64,000 bases of DNA, from assembly GCA_017542065.1 (NCBI GenBank), contig JAFXXX010000008.1, positions 14,444 through 78,443 on the forward strand, given 5' to 3'. Under the pieces are notes generated by a model. The model did no database searches. It worked only from the letters and a program-made list of their open reading frames with translations, and was not told the origin of the DNA. Origin of the DNA: Bacilli bacterium. Its GTDB lineage: Bacteria > Bacillota_I > Bacilli_A > RF39 > UBA660. Below are positions 9,001 to 13,238 of this stretch, in pieces. Numbering within the stretch: position 1 is the first letter of the stretch; each line of letters starts with the position of its first letter. Position numbers and translations under genes: made by a program.

Positions 9001-9759
9001 AGTAAATGGTTCTACTTCTTTAATAACTAGATTTAAAACTCTTCTATTTTGATCAGTAGTTTCTTCAGTATATCTAACTAATTTGTATTTAGTTTCTGCT
9101 ACTCTTACTTCATAAGTATCAATATCACCTAAACTAAATACATATTTACCATCTTCTTTAGAATAAGTTTTCTTTACTTCTTCACCATTCTTTAATAAAC
9201 TAAGCTCTACTCCAGCATATATAGTGCCTTCTTCATCTAATATAGTACCTTCTACTGATTTACCAGTTATAGTAACTGGATCTACATTTATTTTAGACTT
9301 GGATTCATCTTCACTATTAATAGTAAATTTTGGATTAAATGTAATTCCATATGGTGCATTCTCTACAATAACAGTTATAACAACTTTATTTTTTGTAGTA
9401 GTAACTGTTATTGTTTTACCATCAGCACTAACTACTGAATCTTTAATTTCTTTAAACCTAGCATACTTATTTTCATTATTGGAAAGTGTACCTGTGATAA
9501 TAGCAGTATCACTAGAATCTTTATTAACTTTAATTTGATATTTTATCTCATCATAGTTATTAGATGTAATCTCATCTTGAACTCCATCTATAACTGATGC
9601 ACTTAATGTATTAGTCTTAGTTAAAATTTTAGAAATTTTAATTGTCTTATTACTTTCATTTATCATAGAAGCTAAACACATTAAAAAGACCAATAATAAT
9701 ACTATTATTGTTGTTATTGCATATTTTTTTAATTTTAATTTTCTTAAAGATTCTTTCAT
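1..9759 (-). CDS. Giant secreted/surface multidomain protein, 3'-truncated by the window edge (>=3253 aa). Absent from the supplied ORF track.
   Basis: Hand translation of the minus strand. ATG at 9759-9757 is preceded by GGATGGTG. The frame then stays open to base 1 (9759 = 3 x 3253). Spot checks of plus-strand triplets phased 1 mod 3 at ~350, 1200, 2040, 3000, 5000, 6000, 7500 and 9000 show no tta/cta/tca. The translation is coherent throughout (MKESLRKLKLKKYAITTIIVLLLVFLMCLASM...GNGHAKITLLDDSADDIVSNPNLSAVN). Confidence 0.9.
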   Translation of the reverse strand, partial: MKESLRKLKLKKYAITTIIVLLLVFLMCLASMINESNKTIKISKILTKTNTLSASVIDGVQDEITSNNYDEIKYQIKVNKDSSDTAIITGTLSNNENKYARFKEIKDSVVSADGKTITVTTTKNKVVITVIVENAPYGITFNPKFTINSEDESKSKINVDPVTITGKSVEGTILDEEGTIYAGVELSLLKNGEEVKKTYSKEDGKYVFSLGDIDTYEVRVAETKYKLVRYTEETTDQNRRVLNLVIKEVEPFTLNITKTISKLDLVVNGKKETFNYNDETKVLKSVKNAKTIEGSIYYNIYLKNDGEVKGTISTIQDVIPEGMSFDESKNPGWTKEDNNLFYTPLEGTEINAFEKTSVTLVLDIVKTDEAKTYINTAIAHGDDYKYVVYYLNNSVYKELYVINSEKIENIDPHIENFAGWYTDKNYTNKYNFNNKVTKDLALYGKIENKKYNVTFIDKNPNNDQETVLAIVEVPEGESVELIDHPEYNGYTFKCFSLYDSCYDDDPITGDTELYTSYTINNYEIEYELDGGSVAVANPITYTVRDSFTLNNPTKEGFTFVGWTGTGLSDVTETVTIPEGSTGKRTYTAHYQINRSTLSVDPNGGTYEDNASLVTFTEDYGTLKVLSESVKRGYNFIRYDHVGGGTYQNLTYLFDNDDGTLTAIYEIINYSITYENITDTEKTLLNNRTEYNVETDTFTLNNPSTRLDDQGNNYQDFLGWDDGNGNVSLTVTIPKGSIGNRTYTAVWRENADDYAITYNLNDGVYAEGKTNPSTYTRQTETFTLNNPSKNGYTFLGWTGTGLTGNTTTVTIPKGSAGDRAYTANYEVIPYEIVYHGLTTEEETALRNPTGYDIESASITLNNPTRTGYEFIGWSGTDITDKSTSVVIPTGSTGNREYTANFRAIEYSLSYTLNDGNYETGKSNPDKYTIESDDITLNNPSKNGYTFKGWSGTDLIGNENTTVTIPTGSIGHRSFLANYTPIVYNITYDYDGGNLPQGVTNIDRYTIESDEITFNVPEKEGYTFLHYKEGNNIITSIPTGSTGDKNLKAYYQINKFNVVYHNEDTVYSTDEVDWNTTTTAPSENPTKAHGIFLYWTEDGTNPFDFDTHITTNKDLYAVYEMVIEPVITYTPTLDETTNRTWVCSNSSNDECGDTVTITSGKDDPEYTLYYKIGDGDAVEYTGPFKVYENTIITAFAKKNNIYSPNATEDIINVDSIAPTINNPGTGSMSFNMTVSGTAQDAGSGVKKFTLYVKEKDALVYDDTLTYVSDTFDGIKDHAENYDHTFYGVQDNTEYIVKIVAEDYVGNVSEKEVEVTTHPYVARVVGKNGILWYTVDPDTKEFVLEDGKEFLMFDSIQAAVNYCAEIQCTIQTNPILPVVNESVVIASNQDITIDLDGRGITSNENATFINNGKLQIVDRNPRMNGDEHESIGFVKGNIDKAIINNNIFVLGDGSSEPSETFIYPELDRPIIEGKINAIEQNNEFHFYDGKLISEETAMIDHGEDVITQYSYNVVFTGENDKNIGTLDIVTDPEARIRSTYYAKLKINGGLNAFDSTRSGSFTTEEAKLLSKIKQAGDYGFIYDAVNDEIYSGNQSTANTTALSYLKIDLTDYDKDQFIVFDCLADTYSSSSYGYISVSDSLSTTGNQILRLTGNDRRFSMFYKLEKGKVNYVYFGFVKGGGDVNRYEGFKVSNFRILGEGNENREIVLYNDVDYYPFVKQEDGTYINSDTGISGNTIAHSYAAFDLTNVDEDLELIVNLSITSTSSAARFWMYTSDNSKYIGYDSAPKIMETIWSTSGNYSVTLEKGKLTYLHFGEYNWYSAGLKFVINSMTFVKKNSVDEVETTEFLKNDNDTYTFIKYDYDLVKIKNSASTDISIGTNKLIPNATNNALTFNGSNYAYMSNANLNLDNYEESIYVEFTTPNKGNSFLYMGSSAEKTCIALWSSSIIISNSGHYSTFVMPETIDDGNIHSLLLTYKDDVYKLYYDGIALETTQYSNFANGANTNSYIATRSSGNNFTGAIYNFKIFNKELTPEELDNTENLQIYINGEDFKISSVDGSYYVSNNQGVSYGVAHTYFKIDLTGITEKKYLYVRTSISSEGSDYGYIHVTNSPNTPSNSEGVRFQTSGSKDNQVSIITLNSNEENYIHFRYAKSKFDDGYSDTFTIKEVRLFDNINDAYSFNPDSYTKINNMYFDKPVFNEKVDTVEILKNITLSTSIIVPEEKEVVLDLNGFTLTTEKNDYIIQNKGKLTITDSEFEERHESNVNYITEQSRLYAEARTAYLDDKAEYEEYAGLCDGCSVSDEYKLDHIEDYLSDFGFTTSEYTFDYVSDSEEKEQVFNVPITGLYKLEVWGAQGGSAPSNIGGYGGYSVGETELTENTNIYVNVGGQGSTSMNSVLPGGYNGGGSSHGADCTSYSNRWGASGGGATSIATISGELKDLDEENDKENILIVAGGGGGGFNIDGWQTGRGGSAGGYIGNKGTHTNRNNHGDEQAATGGTQTSGGLGGDGWEDISERSELWLSWTTAKFGLGGSSPENACSEGGGGGGGFYGGGGGSESSGGGGSGYIGNELLLNKKMVCYNCATSTEEDTKTETTTCTNSTPTENCSKSNNGYAKLTYLAPTEQLHGLREQLSKTYSVKTNPEFADYLQGINFDDSVNINTLTPDTNISFNNTVDDTYHGGITTTIASAILNNEYATLALNSGAINLNVNGKNGIENRGTLILNRDFEINSNNTNTVGIYNETNGEIVGNGGKLNVNGSAYGLVNRSKTPLISNININTVPTGAIAVYNMAIAPVKFANINATGAGIGFYEMSVDDVIVTNSNFKSTGNDAFYVAPNKDPNKIYLSNLNLNGTLSVSSSGITTVDNSTLTHVYNSYSYLTINDSTFSSMDNRGDTVVNGSTINGSGTVISNYNGTDGWWAGVQYRSKLEMNDSIVNSTATSATTVVSNSSSMIINNTKFNNIKNQSSTAFVNNSGSYLTIIGNTIVDPSYGTAVNNSGVLTVGENNKNVERTFNYSYVGHQEEFTAPKTGLYKLETWGASGSAAGSYSSCATDTCAVYGGKGAYASGIISLNEGDKLYIHVGEMGSSGRKASTHSYIGSYNGGGINNGGVINDWYTSGTGGGATDISLSSEDNIWTYDNGITINKRSDASYEQRIIVAGGAGAKGNNGGNQSASARLGYGDTGSGGGYYGGSSGTGGSSYVSDSLTNAIMKNGSEEMPDYTSSGYMSGNFGNGHAKITLLDDSADDIVSNPNLSAVN
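55..730 (-). other. Glycine-rich domain copy 2 (ALK/LTK-type Gly_rich family)
   Basis: FTAPKTGLYKLETWGASGSAAGS...YGGKGAYASGIISLNEGDKLYIHVGEMGS...SYNGGGINNGG...SGTGGGATDISL...RIIVAGGAGAKGNNGGN...GSGGGYYGGSSGTGGSSYVS...GNGHAKITLL. Confidence 0.75.
730..1900 (-). other. Right-handed beta-helix-like repeat region between the two glycine-rich domains
   Basis: Many short repeats rich in N/G/T/I (INLNVNGKNGIENRGTLILN, NGGKLNVNGSAYGLVN, LNLNGTLSVSSSGITTVDNSTLT, IINNTKFNNIKNQSS). The style matches the 898-aa protein at 13226..15922. Confidence 0.5.
1915..2770 (-). other. Glycine-rich domain copy 1 (ALK/LTK-type Gly_rich family)
   Basis: FNVPITGLYKLEVWGAQGGSAPSNIGGYGGYSVGETELTENTNIYVNVGGQGS...GGYNGGGSS...WGASGGGATSI...ILIVAGGGGGGF...GGGGGGGFYGGGGGSESSGGGGSGYIGN...NNGYAKLTYL. 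Confidence 0.75.
3260..5060 (-). repeat. Three paralogous ~120-aa modules of unknown family (about 4690-5060, 4265-4660 and 3260-3650), interrupted by a LamG domain
   Basis: Shared pattern: ...(A/V)(L/H)(S/T)Y.(K/A)(I/F)DLT......(L/F).(V/I).......S..YGYI.V......(~40 aa)...G(K).NY(V/L/I)(Y/H)FG(F/E/Y).K......(F)..(V/I)....(I/L/F). Examples: ALSYLKIDLTDYDKDQFIVF, AHSYAAFDLTNVDEDLELIV, AHTYFKIDLTGITEKKYLYV. Confidence 0.6.
3660..4140 (-). other. LamG / concanavalin-A-like lectin domain in the giant ORF
   Basis: LTFNGSNYAYMSNANLNLDNYEESIYVEFTT...GNIHSLLLTYKDDVYKLYYDGIALETTQYSNFANGANTNSYIATRSSGNNFTGAIYNFKIFNKELTPEEL. The F.G.IY.(F/V)(K/R)I(Y/F)N.(A/E)L(T/S).EE signature is typical of LamG-like jellyrolls. 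Confidence 0.6.
5815..6130 (-). other. Ig/Fn3-like domain in the giant ORF
   Basis: IAPTINNPGTGSMSFNMTVSGTAQDAGSGVKKFTLYVKEKDA...YIVKIVAEDYVGNVSEKEVEVTT. The alternating beta-strand pattern is typical of Ig-like surface domains. Confidence 0.4.
6400..8560 (-). repeat. About 9-10 tandem Listeria-Bacteroides (Flg_new-type) repeats of ~70 aa each, inside the giant ORF
   Basis: Recurring pattern Y.I.Y.L(N/D)GG ... (Y/F)T(I/R)E(S/T)..(I/F)TLNNP(S/T)K.GYTF.GW(T/S)GT(G/D)L ... TVTIP.GS.G.R.YTA.Y with a period of ~210-230 nt. Confidence 0.8.
8655..9290 (-). other. Cna-B / carboxypeptidase-regulatory-like domain plus a beta-sandwich module, paralogous to 34715..35465
   Basis: GKSVEGTILDEEGTIYAGVELSLLKNGEEVKKTYSKEDGKYVFSLGDIDTYEVRV is followed by ITKTISKLDLVVNGKKETFNYNDETKVLKSVKNAKTIEGSIYYNIYLKNDGEVKGTISTIQDVIPEGMSFDESKNPGW. 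It has the same order and motifs as the 1483-aa protein (ITKVDLSYNG...SKVLLSVRNSLKA...YEDIPYGLVFDSSDPYNAGW). Confidence 0.5.
9655..9759 (-). other. N-terminal signal peptide / membrane anchor of the giant protein
   Basis: Basic N-terminus (KESLRKLKLKK) followed by the hydrophobic stretch YAITTIIVLLLVFLMCLASM. Confidence 0.7.
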
Positions 9760-9788
9760 ACTATACACCATCCATTATACTTATAAGT

Positions 9789-9817
9789 ATTATATCATTT
9801 TTAGTATTTTTAAACAA
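9789..9817 (-). promoter_or_regulatory. Sigma-A type promoter of the giant gene
   Basis: Minus strand: TTGTTT (9817-9812), 17 nt spacer, TATAAT (9794-9789) with a TGa extended -10. It lies about 30 nt upstream of ATG 9759. Confidence 0.6.
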
Positions 9818-9818
9818 T

Positions 9819-9848
9819 AAAAAAAGGCATAAATTAAGCCCTTTTTTT
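9819..9848 (-). terminator. Weak rho-independent terminator after the Ppx-like gene
   Basis: Minus strand AAAAAGGGC-ttaatttat-GCCTTTTTTT. The stem is short and bulged, with a T-run. Confidence 0.4.
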
Positions 9849-9910
9849 AAGATTTTTCTGCTAAAATTCTATCCAAATCATAAACTCCATCTAGAGTCTT
9901 ACTTTATCCA

Positions 9911-10804
9911 TTATATCTCTTTCATTAGCTTTTCTTTTATTCCATCTTCCATATTAATTTTAGTAGGAATAATATATTTTGCATCTATCTTATTAGATAT
10001 CATATCAGTTATTACTTTCATAGCTCTTGATCCATCAAACCAACTAGGATTATCACTATTATTTCTAATTCTATCAAGGGATGTAACTAATGCATCTCTA
10101 TCATATATATCACTCATATCTTTAGTAATCATATATTTTTGATTATCGTTTTTATATAAAGTGTTTTCAAGCATTCCATACTCAGCATTAGTATACCAAT
10201 AAATATGATCTCCTCCACCAAGTATTAATAAATCTGCTTTAATAGTTAAATCATTTATTAAATTATCCACATAGTTATATACTTCATCAAAAGTACATGT
10301 AGGAATATCATCTTTTAAACTAGGAAATTCACTAGTAACATCTACTACTCCAAAATTATAATACTTTCTATCTATTACTTCATTATTGTTTACAAATATA
10401 AGTTCAATAGAACCTCCACCACCAATAAACACACAAATATTACCATCAAAATCTACATTAGAATAACATCCTAAAGCAGTATAATTTGCTTCATCTTCTT
10501 GAGTAACTACTTCTATTTCTAAACTATATTTTTCTTTAATAACAGTGTTTATTTCATCTAATTCTTCTTTAGAAATATTTCTAAATATACTACATCCATA
10601 AATATGAACATTATCTGTATATTTAAATGCCTTCCCAATAATTTCATATAATTTTTCTAAATCACTAGATATTATTCTGCCATTTTCTTTGTAATTTGCT
10701 TTAAGTTTTATGGTAGTAGTATTCTCATAAATAACGTTACCATCTTCATATACGTGAGTTTTTGTATTATTACTACCTATTTCTATAATTGCGAATTTCT
10801 TCAT
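9911..10804 (-). CDS. Ppx/GppA-family (ASKHA fold) phosphatase-like protein, 297 aa
   Basis: N-terminal IIEIGSNNTK resembles the Ppx/GppA phosphate-1 motif. FIGGGGSIEL is a second glycine loop. Confidence 0.6.
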   Translation of the reverse strand: MKKFAIIEIGSNNTKTHVYEDGNVIYENTTTIKLKANYKENGRIISSDLEKLYEIIGKAFKYTDNVHIYGCSIFRNISKEELDEINTVIKEKYSLEIEVVTQEDEANYTALGCYSNVDFDGNICVFIGGGGSIELIFVNNNEVIDRKYYNFGVVDVTSEFPSLKDDIPTCTFDEVYNYVDNLINDLTIKADLLILGGGDHIYWYTNAEYGMLENTLYKNDNQKYMITKDMSDIYDRDALVTSLDRIRNNSDNPSWFDGSRAMKVITDMISNKIDAKYIIPTKINMEDGIKEKLMKEI

Positions 10805-10805
10805 A

Positions 10806-11483
10806 TTATTTCCTCTTTAGACTTCTTAGATAATCTTTATGTTCATCTGTAACCCTGTAACTTTCCACAGCTTTTTGAATTGTTTTATTATGAACCCAAA
10901 TATCTAGCTTATTATTCTCAATATATTTAATTGCACTGTCATATTGCTTAGCTAAAGCTGTGGCAAAATACCACGCAATCATCATATTAACATAGTATTC
11001 ATCTGATTTAATCTTAGATACTAATTCTAAATATTCTTCTTTAAAATTATCATCTAGATAACTTCTCATAAGCATACCTATACCAAATCTAATAGTATAA
11101 GTTTCTTTTGATTTAATCCACTTCTTTATTTCACCAATTAACTTATCAGTATTCTTTAAGAATGATTTAGGAGTACTTTGATCACAAGTAGCCCAGTTAT
11201 CAACATATGGTAAAAATTTATTAACATAGTCTAAACATTTATCATAATCTTTTATTTCGCCTAGTATAAATGCATGTAATTGATTTTCATCAAAATACTT
11301 ATGTGGTAAATCATTTAGGAACCCTTCATAATTATTACTCTTATATAATTCCTTAGCCTTTTTTCTTAGCTCTGGAGATCTAACACCAATAATAGTATCA
11401 GGATCAATATTAGTAATAGTTTTAACTTGTATCTCTCTATATTTTTTATCCTGTAATTTAAATAATTCTTTTTCTATATTCAT
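10806..11483 (-). CDS. DNA alkylation repair protein (AlkD-like HEAT-repeat family)
   Basis: IIGVRSPELRKKAKELYKS and DNWATCDQ motifs are typical of the DNA_alkylation family. Size is 225 aa. Confidence 0.7.
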   Translation of the reverse strand: MNIEKELFKLQDKKYREIQVKTITNIDPDTIIGVRSPELRKKAKELYKSNNYEGFLNDLPHKYFDENQLHAFILGEIKDYDKCLDYVNKFLPYVDNWATCDQSTPKSFLKNTDKLIGEIKKWIKSKETYTIRFGIGMLMRSYLDDNFKEEYLELVSKIKSDEYYVNMMIAWYFATALAKQYDSAIKYIENNKLDIWVHNKTIQKAVESYRVTDEHKDYLRSLKRK

Positions 11484-11493
11484 AATTATCTCA

Positions 11494-12555
11494 CTAACTA
11501 TTTTTCTTAATTATTATTTCATCTACTTTATCAATTCTATCATTATATTCATTTATTTCATCTACTGATAATTCAATAAAATCATCATCACTAACATGAT
11601 ATTGCTTTTTTAATTCAATAATTTTTAAAGCACTATTTGTTATCTCATCACTATATTTTTTATACATATTATAAAAAGTATTAATAACTTTTTCTTCTTT
11701 CTTAGTTGGATAATTAAACATAATAATATCATTACCTGCTTCTAAAGCAAGTTTTGCAGTTTTAATCCATCCATATCTATATCTAACAGATCTCATTTTT
11801 AAATCATCTGTTACTGTTATACCATTATAATTTTCTTTGATTTCATCTTGTACTTTTCTAGATAAACTAACAGGTAATTTATCTTTATCTTTAACTTTTA
11901 TATGACTTAAAAGTACACCAGGTACTCCTTCACTCATAAGAGTATTAAATGGTTTTAGATCTTCTTCCTCTATAGACTTTATTGATGGAAGTAATATATG
12001 AGTATCTACTCTTACTTTTCTTAAACCAGGATAATGTTTAATAATAGGAACCACATTATTTTCTTTATGAGATTCTATTATTATTCTTGTATTTTTTATA
12101 ACTTCTTTACTAGTTCTACCAAAACATCTATTGCCAATAGATTTAGATATATTTTCATCATAAATATCTAATACAGGTTCTAAATTCATATTAATACCAG
12201 ATCTACTTAATATTTCTGCAGTTATATCTCCTACTTCTTTTATTACATCAGTAGAACATATAGAAGATGCTAAAGCATTTTTAATTCTATGAAACTCAGA
12301 TGGTAATCTATTAACAATACCATTTTCTTGGTCAACACAAATAAATAGAGGTATTTTATTGACTCTATTTAATTCTTTTAATTTCTTAATAAGAGATATC
12401 ATTTCATAATAACTATCATAGTTATTTCTATATAAAATGAATCCTCCTACTTTATACTTTTGAATTAATTCTTTAACATGGTCTTCATTAACTGGTCCTT
12501 CAAAACCTACTAATAGTTTTTGACCAATTAATTCTCTCTTAGTATACTTTTCCAT
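11494..12555 (-). CDS. Glycoside hydrolase family 3 N-terminal-domain protein (NagZ-like beta-N-acetylhexosaminidase)
   Basis: LIGQKLLVGFEG, KVGGFILYRNNY and IIKHYPG (KH(F/Y)PG motif). Confidence 0.75.
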   Translation of the reverse strand: MEKYTKRELIGQKLLVGFEGPVNEDHVKELIQKYKVGGFILYRNNYDSYYEMISLIKKLKELNRVNKIPLFICVDQENGIVNRLPSEFHRIKNALASSICSTDVIKEVGDITAEILSRSGINMNLEPVLDIYDENISKSIGNRCFGRTSKEVIKNTRIIIESHKENNVVPIIKHYPGLRKVRVDTHILLPSIKSIEEEDLKPFNTLMSEGVPGVLLSHIKVKDKDKLPVSLSRKVQDEIKENYNGITVTDDLKMRSVRYRYGWIKTAKLALEAGNDIIMFNYPTKKEEKVINTFYNMYKKYSDEITNSALKIIELKKQYHVSDDDFIELSVDEINEYNDRIDKVDEIIIKKNS

Positions 12556-12595
12556 TTACATCATCCCAATCACTTATATTTTATCAAATAATATT

Positions 12596-13183
12596 TTAGT
12601 TAACAATTCCTAATAAAATAGTTAATATCCCAAGTACTATATGTGTTAAAACTACACCACATAGATTATGATCTTTCTTATAAAATAAGTATAATATAAT
12701 TCCTAGAATAAATGTTAATATGCATGTTAAATAATCTCTATAAATTATATGAACAAGTGAATAACATAAACTAGATATTATTATCCATAAATAATTATAT
12801 TTACTATTTAAATCAAAATATCCAAAGACTCCTCTATATAAGAATTCTTGAATAGGACAAGATATGAATATATAAAACAAATAAAATAATAAAGTTTCTG
12901 TAGGATTATATTTACCTATATGTAATAGTTTCAATACTATAATTATTATTATACTTATACCTATTAGTATTAAATTTCTTTTAATAGATTTAACTAAGTT
13001 CTCTTTAGTTATTCCAAGTTCTTTATTTTTAACTCCAAATAATTTCATTAATAAGAATATTAATAAACCTATACCTGTTAATATATAAAACTTAATATCA
13101 TATAGATATTTATTAAAGAATATTATAACAGGAGTCACTATATAAATTAATAAAATAATCCCTAATAAAACTTTATTTTTCAT
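12596..13183 (-). CDS. CPBP-family intramembrane metalloprotease
   Basis: Polytopic protein with QEFLYRGV (EExxxR-type motif) and a downstream SLVH histidine motif. Confidence 0.75.
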   Translation of the reverse strand: MKNKVLLGIILLIYIVTPVIIFFNKYLYDIKFYILTGIGLLIFLLMKLFGVKNKELGITKENLVKSIKRNLILIGISIIIIIVLKLLHIGKYNPTETLLFYLFYIFISCPIQEFLYRGVFGYFDLNSKYNYLWIIISSLCYSLVHIIYRDYLTCILTFILGIILYLFYKKDHNLCGVVLTHIVLGILTILLGIVN

Positions 13184-13201
13184 ATACTTACCTCTATATA
13201 A

Positions 13202-13210
13202 ATTATAACA
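13202..13210 (-). promoter_or_regulatory. Extended -10 promoter (TGTTATAAT) for the CPBP gene
   Basis: Minus strand ...CTTTTTTTATGTTATAAT..., directly after the terminator T-tract. Confidence 0.5.
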
Positions 13211-13238
13211 TAAAAAAAGATGTCATTAGACATCTTTT
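13211..13238 (-). terminator. Rho-independent terminator overlapping the stop of the 898-aa gene
   Basis: Minus strand AGATGTC-TAAT-GACATCT followed by TTTTTTT. Confidence 0.7.

Noticed and set aside
2041-9731. Homopolymer tracts (A7/T7 at about 2044-2050 and 9725-9731) as phase-variation switches for the giant surface gene.
   Set aside because: The tracts are no longer than 7 nt, which is common background in DNA of this AT content. I found no flanking invertible-promoter inverted repeats.
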